Assembly: GCF_001194135.2 (NCBI RefSeq)
Contig: NC_068981.1
Location: 23,135,116-23,187,084, forward strand
Length of the DNA stretch: 51,969 nt
Direction: 5' to 3'
Origin: Octopus bimaculoides
Lineage: Eukaryota
How positions within the stretch are numbered: position 1 is the stretch's first letter; the number at the start of each line of letters is the position of its first letter. Shown here piece after piece: positions 24,234 to 36,607 of the stretch. The translations under genes and the position numbers were made by a program. Below the pieces are notes generated by a model, which was given only the letters and a program-made list of their open reading frames with translations, was not told where the DNA came from and ran no database searches.

Positions 24234-24951
24234 CAGATAAACAGATAGATAGATACACATACAGGCTAAAAATTTCTAGTGAGAATCACACTTTGAAAAG
24301 CTAAAGAGTGTAAACTGGTCAGTAAAACAGATTTTCTCTCTAGTTTTTTAATAAAATTTATTTAGTGAAAACTTCACTTCAGTAAAATCAGATTTAGTAA
24401 AATATATTCTCATTTTGAACAATATATTTTATAAAAAAAAACCCTCTTCTGTAAAATCAGACTTACATTATAGGTAAAAAGCACTATAATTTTCTCAGTA
24501 AAACTTTTTTTATGTGAAAACAAGCATTGTAAGTTTTACTGCATATATATNNNNNNNNNNNNNNNNNNNNNNNNNNNNNNNNNNNNNNNNNNNNNNNNNN
24601 NNNNNNNNNNNNNNNNNNNNNNNNNNNNNNNNNNNNNNNNNNNNNNNNNNNNNNNNNNNNNNNNNNNTATAAAAAAATTCAAATATATAAAAAAATGCAA
24701 TACATTTTCAACCCTTTTTATCGTTTTCCTATATATATATACATGTGTGCATGTATGCGTGTATACATATATATTTCTATGCATGTATGTATGATGTATG
24801 TATGTATGTATGTGTGTCTGTATGTATGTTTGTATGTGTGTATGTTTGTATGCATGTGTGTATGTGTTAACTTTACACATGGAATTGGAATTAAATTCTC
24901 TTTGCAAAGTTAATCTGTTAGTAAAAAATTTTAGCAAACAAAACATTGTGA

Positions 24952-25011
<60 letters not shown>

Positions 25012-25146
25012 ACATACACACACACATGCACACACACACACACGCACATACGCTCTCTACAAGGCATCTCCTGAAATATATACATACTTTAACAGCTGAC
25101 AATTCAATTTTCATTTTTTTTTTTTAGTTTTAAACTATTGGAAATA

Positions 25147-25630
25147 ATGAATGGAACTAGACCAAACTTTGAACAAAGGAAATTTATCCTAGAGTGCTAC
25201 TGGAAATTTGAAAACACAGTTGAAGTGCAAATAGAGTTTAGGAGAGTTTCAAACAGATTCATCTATGTAACTTGCCGTCTCTCAAATTAGGGAGAAGTTT
25301 GAAGCAGATGGAACTGTTCAAAATGTCTACAAGAAATATTCTGGAAGGCTTCAGATATCATTGAGCCCCTCAGAGCAAGAAAGTGTACTAGAGATGTGTT
25401 GCCCATCTAGAAAACCTGTGTTGCAAGTGAGTTGTGAGATAGGAATTTCAAAGTCAACCATCCATCGAATTTTGATGTGCTACCATTGGATAAGCTACAT
25501 TCCAAGAATAGTGCAATGTCTCAATGAAGAGATATGGACCGAAGAGTTGAGTTCTGTGAGTCATATATGGAAAGATGTGTAGAAGATGCACACTTTCCAA
25601 CAATGACTGTTTGGAGTAATGAGGTTGCAT
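25147..25630 (+). mobile_element. Tc1/mariner transposase 5' fragment (DUF4817-like HTH) within SPAG16 intron 1
   Basis: MNGTRPNFEQRKFILECYWKFENTVEVQ, then frameshift to QIREKFEADGTVQN..SGR, then GISKSTIHRIL, then [14 protein letters not shown] (degenerate WSDE motif). Confidence 0.8.
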
Positions 25631-27249
25631 ACACACACACACAGAGTTGAAATTTATAGAAAAACAAAAGACGAAGACAGGTGTATGAACAACAAGCAGG
25701 TGTATTAGTTTGATGTTCGGGAAAGTGAGAATGTCTTTTATGTTTCAAGCCTACAGTCTTCAAGAGAAAATAAACAGAGTAAGAATATAAAAAAAATTTG
25801 TGGATATAGCGATCAAGCATAGCGACTGGTTTGACAGGATATCATCATCATCATCATCATCATCATCGTTTAACGTCCGCTTTCCATGCTAGCATGGGTT
25901 GGACGATTTGACTGAGGACTGGTGAAACCGGATGGCAACACCAGGCTCCAATCTAAATTTGGCAGAGTTTCTACAGCTGGATGCCCTTCCTAACGCCAAC
26001 CATTCAGAGAGTGTAGTAGGTGCTTTTACTTGTCACCCACACGAAGGCCAGTCAGGCGATACTGGCAACGGCCACGCTCGAAATGGTGTCTTTTATGTGC
26101 CACCCGCANNNNNNNNNNNNNNNNNNNNNNNNNNNNNNNNNNNNNNNNNNNNNNNNNNNNNNNNNNNNNNNNNNNNNNNNNNNNNNNNNNNNNNNNNNNN
26201 NNNNNNNNNNNNNNNNNNNNNNNNNNNNNNNNNNNNNNNNNNNNNNNNNNNNNNNNNNNNNNNNNNNNNNNNNNNNNNNNNNNNNNNNNNNNNNNNNNNN
26301 NNNNNNNNNNNNNNNNNNNNNNNNNNNNNNNNNNNNNNNNNNNNNNNNNNNNNNNNNNNNNNNATATATAGATATATATATATATATTATTATTATAATC
26401 ATCGTTTAACGTCCACCTTCCATGCTGACTTGGGTTGGACGGTTTGATAGGAGCTGGTCAAGCAGAAACCTGCACAATGCTTCTGTGTCTGTCTTGGCAT
26501 GATTTTTTTATGGCTGGATGCCTTTCCTAACACCAACCACAGCCGTAAAAATTCTGCCAAAAACAGAAACAATAACTTAAGGTAGTTTTCTACTTGACTG
26601 GCTCCTGTCAACCATCCTCCTACCCATGCATGCATGGATGACGGATGTTAAACGATGATGATGATGATAATGACGACGACGACGATGATGATGATAAAGC
26701 AAAAAAGGTCAGTGTAAGGTTAGTATATTCCAAAATTCCTTGTGTAGGAAGTTACTAATGTTCAAGAATGTATGCAGCTAGTATAGATGACAAAAGGTGG
26801 ACAATATACTTAGAATAGAATTTATTAATCATCATAAGTAACCCCCCCCCCCACACCAGTGAACATAAGAGTGTAGGCTGTACATAAATAACTTTTTATA
26901 GGAATGGAGTATTGGTGATAACATGATATGAAAGTGCTTATTACAGTACAGTAATGTACATGGAGAGATATTCTCATTATTTATTGCTTAAAGTATGTTC
27001 ATGAGTACGATATTTTACTTATATTTTGTTTCAGAGACAACAACATTCAATGTAAGTAATCTCATAAAAGAGAAGTGGATCTCTGTTTGTTTATCTGTCT
27101 ATCTGTAACAACATCTATTAAAGGGAGGAAAAGAAGGAGAGAAATGAAAATATATGTCATGTCACAATGTATCTTTAGAAGGGAGAAGAAAAAGATTTTT
27201 GAGAGAGAAATAGAGAGAGAGAGAATGAAATAGAGAGAGAGAGAATGAA

Positions 27250-27314
<65 letters not shown>

Positions 27315-28068
27315 GTGTGTAAGAGATAGATAGATAGTCAGACAGACAAATAGTTAGATAGATAGATAGATAGATAGATAGAGAGAGAGAGTGAGTGAGT
27401 GAGTGAGAGGCTGAAGATAGATAGATAGATAGGTAGTGTTGTGACCATAGTAATTAACAATTTTTGATTAAAAACGCGGGTAATTTGAGTACAAGTCTGT
27501 AACAACACAGCTTAAAAAATGATTTTCATTATATAACAATATAGTTATTCTTTTGGTTGTTGCTGTGTGTGTGTCTGTGTATTTCTGTATGTCTTTCAAC
27601 ACAGAGACAATGCAATGCAATGCAACACAGCTTCAAAATAATTTAAAAAATCGTCTTTCACTATATAACAATATAGATAGTTATTTTTTGTTTTTTTTAT
27701 CTCCACGCGCACGCGCGCGCGTTTCTGTACGTCTTTCATCATAAAGACAATGCGACACACGTTAAAAAAAAACGACTTTCACTATATAACAGTGCTATTA
27801 AAAGGTATGTGCATGATTAGCAAATATTTTTACTGGCAGAGTAGTGATAGATAATAACTTACACATAAAAATAAAGTGTTTTATATAAATATACATACAT
27901 ACATATATGCTGAAGAGCGCAGGCTCGAAATGTAAAAGACTTCGTCACTTTCCCGAGCGTCAAACTAATACACCTGATTGTTGCTCATATTCCTGTTTTC
28001 GTCTTTTGTTTTTCTGTAAATTTCAACTACATATATATACACACATATATATATATATATATATATGT

Positions 28069-28446
28069 TCTTTTTATTCTTTAACTTGTTTCAGTCATTT
28101 GACTGCGGCCATGCTGGAGCACCGTCTTTAGTCGTAGAAATCGACCTCAGGACTTACTTTTTGTAAACGTAGTACTTATTCTATCGATCTCTTTTGTCGA
28201 AATGCTAGGTTACGGGTACGAAAATACACCAACAAGCGATAGTGAGGGAACACAGACACACACAAATACGCACACACATATATGACGGGCTTCTTTCAGT
28301 TTCCGTCAACACAAATCCACTCACAAGGCTTTGGTCAGCCCGAGTCTATAGTTAGAAGACTCTCATTCAAGGTGCCACGCAGTGGGACTGAACCCGGAAC
28401 CATGTGGTTGGGAAGCAAGCTTCTTACTACACAACCACACTGCGCC
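28069..28446 (-). mobile_element. SINE family C copy
   Basis: Full head and tail matching the 8479 copy. Confidence 0.85.
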
Positions 28447-28943
28447 TATATCTATGTATATTTATATAAAATGTTTATTTTTATATGTACACTAAGTTAT
28501 TATATATCACTACTCTGCCAGTAAAAATATATGTATGTATACAGAGAGCACAAGAGAGAGAGAGAGAGAGAGGGAAAGAGGGGGAGGGAGAGAGGGGAGA
28601 GGGAGGGACAAATATGTTCATATATAAATAAAGTGGAAGTATACAAAAATAGACCTTATTTCCCATCTTACTGTTAGTTTTGTTTCATTCATTTTGTTTA
28701 TAATTGTTTACATTTCGAATTATATATGGAGGCACCAAAATCTTTTGAGTGCTTAGGCCCTCTATGGGTCTTAATCCGGCCCTGCCAAAATTCCATCTTT
28801 CAACGATAACAGGGGTTCTCAACGTAGGCGGTACTGTTCCCCAAGAGGGCGCTGGACATATCGAAGGAGGTTCAGGTTTTAGGGGGTCGTTGAGGTTACG
28901 TAATCAGCATGCTACCTTTTACTTATAGTAGTAATTATATTAT

Positions 28944-29296
28944 GTGGTTAGGGCAGCGGCCTCGCAGTCGTAGGATCGCGGTTTCGATTTCCAGACTGGG
29001 CGTTGTGAGTGTTTATTGAGCGAAAACACAAAAAGCTTCACGAGACTCCGGCAGGGAGTCGTGGCAAACCCTGCTGTATTCTTTCTCTCACTCTTTCTTC
29101 CTGTTTCTGTTGTACCTGTATTTCAAAGGGCCAGCCTTGTCACACTCTGTGTCACACTGAATCTCCCTGAGAACTACATTAAGGGTACATATATCTGTGG
29201 AGTGCTCAGCCACTTGTTCATTAATTTCACGAGCAGGCTGTTTCGATGATCGGATCAACTGGAACTCTCGTCGTCGCAACCGACGGAGTGCCACCA
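28944..29296 (+). mobile_element. tRNA-derived SINE (head 1 / tail 1), slightly 5'-truncated
   Basis: Same family as the 31580 copy, more diverged. Confidence 0.85.
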
Positions 29297-29911
29297 ACTA
29301 TATTATACATGATAAAACTAGTAACGATTATTAAAATAAAATGAGCGATAAGTAATGTGCTGCTATTTCTAGCAGGTCGAGCAATAGTGTAGGTTCTATA
29401 CAATTGTTCGTCCTGATATAGAAAATTTAGCTAGATCTCATCAGGTACAGGAAAGTCATTAACTTGCAATGTATGAAGTAAATTCACATTTGTTTTCATT
29501 TAATTTTTTTATGATGTCACTGTTAAAAGCTTATACAATCTATTTTTCGAGTAAGAACCACTGAATCACGCCCATCTGAAGAGTGCTATAGACTACTAAT
29601 GTTTTAGTAAAAAAAAAAAAATCAAAAATAAAAATTAGCTGACGACAACAATGAACCAAAATATATTGCTTTGTGCTTTAGTCAAAAGAAAGCAACAAAA
29701 ATACCAACATTAACTAAAATATTAATAATGTTAGTGTGTTTGTATTATAAATACAAGACCTGTCTTAAAATTGAACGAGCTAGAGTACGTAAATTTCACC
29801 GCAAGTACCAAAGTACACATACACATGAAAAAAAAAATATCTACCTACATTATCTTTACGTAGATTTCACTTGAACCTAATTTATTTTATAGTTTTCGCA
29901 ATAAAGGATAC

Positions 29912-29954
29912 GTTCTAAATAATATTTCTCTTCGTTTGGGTCAATCTCTGCCAT
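29912..29954 (-). CDS. SPAG16: SPAG16/PF20 orthologue, coding exon 1 (MAEIDPNEEKYYLE + C)
   Basis: ATG at 29954-29952. The YYLE motif matches the SPAG16 N-terminus as I recall it (human AYYLEQ). The exon ends in phase 1 at donor GTATCCTTT and joins exon 2 in frame. Confidence 0.85.
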
Positions 29955-29966
29955 AGCTGTTCTGCC

Positions 29967-29980
29967 GTTACTATAGTAAC
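29967..29980. promoter_or_regulatory. RFX X-box (GTTACTATAGTAAC)
   Basis: Perfect 14-bp palindrome fitting the GTNNYY-AT-RRNAAC X-box pattern, 12 nt upstream of the SPAG16 ATG. Ciliary genes are classic RFX targets. Confidence 0.7.
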
Positions 29981-30225
29981 TACAATAACAGCTTAACTTG
30001 GCGCTTTTTCGGTATCTTATTGAAGGGAGGCAACTCTTGCAAGTCAGCGCGGTTATAATGTCTCTTGATGGGAAAACAGAACTACAATCATACAAACCAC
30101 TTTGCGATCATATGGCTTCGGGTTCATTTCCACTTCGCAGTAACTTGGGCCTCTTCTACTATAGCTGAGGACCAACCTATGCCTTGTGAATAAATTTTAT
30201 AGACGGAAACTATATGGAAGCTCGA

Positions 30226-30278
<53 letters not shown>

Positions 30279-30281
30279 CTG

Positions 30282-30348
<67 letters not shown>

Positions 30349-30473
30349 CTGTCTGTCTGTCTGTTAGTACTCGTGTCGATTTGCTCGACTAAATACTTCA
30401 AGGTAGTGACGCAGCATGGCTGTAGTCCAACGACTGAAACTAATAAAAATATGTGACGCACACACACAAACAT

Positions 30474-30519
<46 letters not shown>

Positions 30520-30865
30520 GCACACACAACGCACATACCTACCTACCTACTGGCCTATGTATCTAAGCGTGATGTGTGTACCGCCTGCACAGAGCAACCA
30601 CGTTTGATGAAGGCGATCCAGTTGAAGCGAGGTTATGTTTAACCCTGTCAGACCAGAATTCCTGTTTCTTGTTTCTTTACTGCCCNNNNNNNNNNNNNNN
30701 NNNNNNNNNNNNNNNNNNNNNNNNNNNNNNNNNNNNNNNNNNNNNNNNNNNNNNNNNNNNNNNNNNNNNNNNNNNNNNNNNNNNNNNNNNNNNNNNNNNN
30801 NNNNNNNNNNNNNNNNNNNNNNNNNNNNNNNNNNNNNNNNNNNNNNNNNNNNNNNNNNNNNNNNN

Positions 30866-31135
30866 TACCGCTAAGCATTTCACCCAGCGCGCTAACGTTT
30901 CTTATTTCTTTATTGCCCACAAGGGGCTAAACATAGAGTGGACAAACAAGGACAGACAAACGGATTAAGTCGATTATATCGAACCCAGTGCGTAACTGGT
31001 ACTTATTTAATCGACCCCGAAAGGATGAAAGGTAAAGTCGACCTCGGCGGAATTTGAACTCAGAACGTAACAGCAGATGAAATACCGCTAAGCATTTCAC
31101 CCAGCATGCTAACGTTTCTGCCAGCTCACCGCCTT
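30866..31135 (-). mobile_element. SINE family B tandem dimer running into a gap
   Basis: One full unit plus the start of a second, with the same AATAAGAA|ACGTTAGC junction. Confidence 0.85.
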
Positions 31136-31579
31136 CCCGAATTCCTGTTTCTAACTTACCCTCTGCTTGGGCTCCTAAGCAAAATAAATAAATAGTTGCA
31201 TATACAACTTAAGAGTAACGATTGCAGGCAAACTAATGGACAAAATAGGCTGCATCATCTTTTTGTACGTGTGTTGTTCATTACCGCTTTACCAGGAATC
31301 TAGCAGAGATGATGTTTGATCTATTCTCGTCATAACGCGAATACGGCCTGGCAGGGTTAAGGAAAAGGGCGGTCAAATCGGCTCCCGCACAGGGCGTTAT
31401 GTCATGATACATCCATAATATACAACTTGACCCTTAAGACTAGTAAGATATTAACAATTAATACCTTTCATAACAACAGTAATACTGACAAGCCCTGTTA
31501 AATAGAGGGATAGAGACAGAGGCATAAGGTTAGTCTGGACTGCTTTTCCATGCTGTACAGTGTCACTTAGACAACATCT

Positions 31580-31966
31580 GCTGTTGTTGGCACTCCGTCG
31601 CTTACGACGATGAGCATTCCAGTTGATTCGATCAACGGAACAGCCTGCTCGTGAAATTAACGTGCAAGTGGCTGAGCACTCCACAGACACGTGTACCCTT
31701 AACGTAGTTCTCGGGGATATTCAGCGTGACACAGTGTGACAAGGCTGACCCTTTGAATTACAGGCACAACAGAAACAGGAAGTAAGAGTGAGAGAAAGTT
31801 GTGGTGAAAGAGTACAGCAGGGTTCCCCACCATCCCCTGCCGGAGCCTTGTGGAGCTTTAGGTGTTTTCGTTCAATAAACACTCACAACGCACGGTCTGG
31901 GAATCGAAACCGCGATTCTATGACCGCGTGTCCGCTGCCCTAACCACTGGGCCATTGCACCTCCAC
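31580..31966 (-). mobile_element. tRNA-derived SINE (head 1 / tail 1), full length with TSD
   Basis: Head has Pol III A and B boxes (TGGCCCAGTGG, GGTTTCGATTCCC). The 3' end is CGACGGAGTGCC(AAC)n. 12-bp TSD TAGACAACATCT at 31568-31579 and 31967-31978. Confidence 0.9.
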
Positions 31967-32018
31967 TAGACAACATCTACTGAACAGTAAAGAGAGAAAT
32001 GCGTATACGACTGAGAAG

Positions 32019-34721
32019 CAGGGTTGCCACTCATCAAATAATAAAACACCCAGATTATTTGCTGCAAAAAACCCAGATCCTATTTTATAAACCCAGATGT
32101 TAGAAAATAGGTATATAATTGGTAATTTAAAGATAAAATATGTTATATGACAAAATGAATACAGAATTTAATACGTTATATCATATGGCAGTTAATTGTC
32201 AATTTCGTACATATCCACATCGTCTTCATTCACTCCTCCCTTTTTGAAGTGCAATCTACTCATATATCTACGGTGACAAGACCCATCCACTACATTTTTA
32301 ATAAGTTTAGCGTTCGGCTCCCAAGAAATGCATATCGCTCCCTTTCTTGTAATTGCTTGTTTAGCGAGAAGACGATCGGTGATCGTTTCGGTTTTCAACC
32401 TATTAGTGAACTTGGTCTTTGTGCAATTTACTTGGGAAAATATGCGCTCCACGCACTCTGATGAATAAGGTAACACCGTCACATTAGTCATGAATTGTGA
32501 CAGCCTCTCAAATTTAGAGTGGTCAAGCCCGTCTTTAAGATTGTGCATGGAATACCAGAATTCAGGGATGCTTTTTGAGGAAACAGGAATATCTTTATAT
32601 TGCCGAAATAATTTCCATTCATCGTCTATTTTATCAAGTGTGTTTTCTGGTGCAATTGCTGGAAAGTTTGTTGCCAAGGGAATTATTGACTAAGGAGATC
32701 GCGCGCTACTTTTGGATCAAGTATTTCTAAGAGGGCAAACACTCCAGCATCATCGAGAGAAAAGCGCGTTTGTATTTGAGAGCATAATTCTATTAAAAAT
32801 TTTTGCAATCAGTTTTGAATGTTGCTGAGTCACCAACGATGGAATTTTGTTCTAGATATCTCATTGCGTGTCCACCGAGGTAAATATCACTCATATCTTT
32901 GTGATTTGTTGTGTTATTAAGACCAATATCTGTCTGATAATGTAGATACAGCTAAAACATTCTCTTTTATAAAGCAACTAAGGATATTTTTATATTCACT
33001 GGATACAAGTATATGCAACACATGCATTCAAAAGTGTTCCGATTGAAACTCGACATTAAGAGTCTTTACTTTCTTTAATATATAATGTAAGAAGAGCAGT
33101 ATGTGCTTCGTCCCTTTGTTAATCATTGTTTCATAGATTCTTTTTTGCTCCGTTCACTTTTCTACGTTAGCCTCAAACTGAAAATAAAGTACAAGGGCAT
33201 CCCGCTGTTCTATTATAACGTTAATTACATTTTCACGTGACAACCATCTAGTTTGTGAAAGCTTTGAAATCTTGTTTTCTTTTGTGCCAACAGCACTTTG
33301 TATCATACTGAAGTCATTTTGAGGTTTGCCACTTTGAGAAAAGTAAGAAGTTAAGTCCTTTAAAAGGACTCGAGATACGAAGGTAACACCTTCACTGCAT
33401 GATTTGAACAAGGTGCAAACGAATGGCAAACACAGCCTATTGTAAATACAGTCGGAATATCGTTTCTCAATAACTTTTGAAACACGCTCTCGTTACCCAT
33501 CAATGTTGAGTAATTATCGCTGGCAAATCCAAGTATGTTGCTCATAGATACATCTTCTTTTGTAAGCGTAGACTTGACAGCATCGTACAAACCACGAGAT
33601 GAACCATTTTCTCCTACAAAGAATATCCTTGACATTAAGCGGTTGTTCATCAAAAAAAGCGAACAGCTATTGCTAAGATTTGTGTCACTGAGATGTCCCT
33701 ACTCTCATCTATCAATACTGAAAACTTTTGTTTCTTGAGAATTTCCAAGATTTCATTTCGATCATAATGTGCAATTTCGTCTAGCATAATGTGAGTTAAG
33801 TTTTTTTTTTTTTTTCATTTGTAGATTTTTAGCTATTTCACTATCGGGAAAGGCCTTTTTACAAATTTCAGCTAAGTGATTTATATGAATGAAAGATAAG
33901 TGGTGTTTAGCAACATAACCTGTCAGTTGCTACATTTTCATTTAATGTATCATCTGTTTTTTTTAACAATAAATGAATCTAATTTAATTGCAGATTTCGC
34001 ACAATCAAAAACTTTCTTGTGTTTGGCAGTGTTTTTATGAGCTAATAGCTTTGATTTGATTTGCTAGCATTTTTCAACACAACGTTGCAACAAACGCAGT
34101 AGCAGGTGTCAGGATTTTTATCATCTTGCCGTAAGCAATCTTTAAGCTCAGCATCTTCCAACCACGACTTCTTGGAATTTTGGGTTTACCACTTCTCCTT
34201 TTTGGACACACTATTGTCTGCCATTACTTCGCAAAGGGTTACAAAACAAAAACACTCATTCAAAATGTTAAACAGATTTTAAATCGCGAGTAACAATCGG
34301 AGCGTACACCATCAACACAGTGAAGCTGTCAACTGGCAGTGTCAGAGTTTCAGACAAGTGTACAAGCGGCCACTAACGCGTTGTAACTTGTAGTTGCACG
34401 ATATGATACAAGTATAAACAAATATTGAACGCACACAATCGGTAATTATGTCACATACAATATTTCTATAGATAAGTTCATTACGTGAGATGATTATGGA
34501 TAATATATAGAAAGTTTACCAAATATTAGAAGAGGTGCCATCTTGGTACATATTGAATACAAAGAGTATGACGTCAAATTCTTTTTAAAAGATAAGTTTG
34601 CAGCCAAAGCTAACTTAAAAACCCAGATTTTATGTAAATTTGGAAATTAAAATCCATAAACCCATCATTGCTCCAAAAAACCCCCAGATCTGGGCGGAAA
34701 AAGCCATCAGTAGCATCCCTG
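32019..34721 (-). mobile_element. Full-length degenerate hAT DNA transposon (about 2.7 kb)
   Basis: TIRs CAGGGTTGCCAC (32019) and CAGGGATGCTAC (reverse complement, ending 34721). 8-bp TSD CTGAGAAG / CAGAGAAG (7 of 8 match). Subterminal AAACCCAGAT repeats at both ends. Internal transposase remnant. Confidence 0.9.
32192..34224 (-). pseudogene. hAT transposase pseudogene (N-terminal Zn finger, catalytic core, C-terminal dimerisation domain)
   Basis: Fragments CYCVCC..HKNTAKH, GFASDNYSTLMG, CVCHS, LSQTRWLS and IPEFW..LPYSSECVERIFSQVN lie in different frames with stops and frameshifts (first stop at codon 13). Confidence 0.9.
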
Positions 34722-36263
34722 CAGAGAAGGCAATAATATCGTACGACTGGGCGAAGAATTTTTGATCAAGTATTCTAAGATTACAGCGGTTTCGTGGGAG
34801 CCAAAAGTATCAGGATTAACCTACTTAAACAAACTTGGCGAAATAATATTAATCAGAACAACAGAAAACCATGCATGGTTACATATCCTGCGAGTTAGAG
34901 AACATCGACAATATTGAGAGGACGTGCTATAAGTACATCCCATCTTATCCGGAGGGCTATACTTGAGCTATCCAAAAAGAGGAGATAATTTATAAAAAGC
35001 TGACAAATCCATAAAACGACCCCGAGAGCAGTCTCGATTTAAGTACAAGGAACCTTGCCGTTTTGCTAGTATTCGGCTAGAATTCTTTAAAGAAAAAAGA
35101 AACTTAAATAAATCTCAAAAAAAAAAAAAACATAATAAATAACATCTATGCATGTATACATACATAAGTACATTCACTGCTCGCGCACGCACGCACACAC
35201 ATACACACGTACACACATACACGCAGATTTTAAAGATTTACAATGTAAAGTGATATTAAAAAAATGGTAAGCCTCATTTTGAGATGGAGACATTAAGTCG
35301 TGGTGAAAAACCGTGACATGCTGGATATTACTTTATATGATATAATATATACAAGTGTATATTAGATATATTAGTGTACATAATATGTTGTAGTTTGAGG
35401 GAGATTTTACTTCTATTCATTGAAAATCGATGTAATATTGATCAAGTTTTCAGTGCACCATGGACAAACTTTGTGACGTGTTTGAAACAGGCATCGTTGT
35501 ACGGTTAAGAAAATCGCTTCGCAAGTACGTGGTTACTAGTTTAATCCCACTACACGGCACATTTCAGTCGACCAAAAGTATTGTGAATGAAATTTTGTTG
35601 ACAGAAACTCAGTGTAGGTTTGCTGAATGAAATGCTGGTCTTGTTTTTGGGGTGCAACACTCAATCTGTCTCCCATGAGTGGCGTTCATTCTGTGGAAAT
35701 TATGCCGGTCAGGCATCCGGTATTAAGATTACCTACTCTTTTTCTCACGCCAATCTCGTGAGGTCATGAAAAAAGTCATGAGCGCTATCCTTCGTCATCT
35801 AAATTTACCATAAAAATTCCCCAGTTGAGTTGCTTTATTCTCCTAGATGATACTTACTCAATAGTTGCTCTTTATCATATCAAGATATTTACAGACAGAA
35901 CTGTTAACTCTTCTCAGTATTGGCATATTTGACTAGTGTATCAGCTTAGATCTGATTTATCTTTTTCATCCCAACATTATAGGAGTTTTTCTTACCGTAT
36001 CACTTTACCATGGAGTTTCGTATTTTAAATTTATTTTCAACTCTTCTTTATCTTCACAGATGTTCGTTTGTTTCAACCTCTGTGTAATGACTGCTGGCCA
36101 CCCTGGAAGTAGAGCACATTTTGTTAATCTCTTAGCTCAGCTCTAATCTCTAGTAGCTGCTGTTGATTCGAAAAAGCATTATTATCTATATTTTAAGCAG
36201 TATTCTAATTGCTGATGTTCACCTTTCTTTGTGGTAAAAACAGACACTAAATATCTTTAATTA

Positions 36264-36480
36264 CGAGGGGATGTTGAAAAATTTCTAGCTTTAGGTAAAA
36301 GAAAATACAGGAGGATCAGTTGATTATGATTTTATTCAACACATTCCCCTTTCAGATTCACGCATTTATTGCAGCGGTCCTTCAGTTTTTCTAAGGTCTG
36401 TAAAAGAACGCAGAAGGTTGGGCTTTCAACCAGGCCTTTCACGATACCCTTAAAGCCAGGAACTTTTCAGCACCCTTTCG
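36264..36480. mobile_element. Mariner-derived MITE (about 217 bp)
   Basis: Imperfect TIRs of about 32 bp: CGAGGGGATGTTGAAAAATTTCTAGCTTTAGG and the reverse complement CGAAAGGGTGCTGAAAAGTTCCTGGCTTTAAGG. TA on the left flank. Confidence 0.7.
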
Positions 36481-36607
36481 TTGAATGTTTTTATTGTATC
36501 TTGGGTCATTATGCCAGTGATAAACACACGTACACACACACACACACACACACTAGTTCTATTTCACTTCATTTATTATTATTATTAGTCAACTAGTTAA
36601 ACCATTC

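Larger units (their letters stand above)
22940..29911 (-). other. U12-type (minor spliceosome) GT-AG intron 1 of SPAG16
   Basis: 5' splice site GTATCCTTT (29911-29903) equals the U12 consensus RTATCCTTT. Branch site TTCTTTGAC (22960-22952) ends 12 nt before the intron end, with no long polypyrimidine tract. Confidence 0.85.

Noticed and set aside
29955-30095. Longer N-terminus (MYDCSS..) in track ORF 29877..30095
   Set aside because: It starts at TTG, has no SPAG16 similarity and overlaps the X-box. The ATG at 29954 fits the homologue.
31900-31966. tRNA-like sequence
   Set aside because: SINE head with A and B boxes continuing into the SINE body; not a stand-alone tRNA gene.
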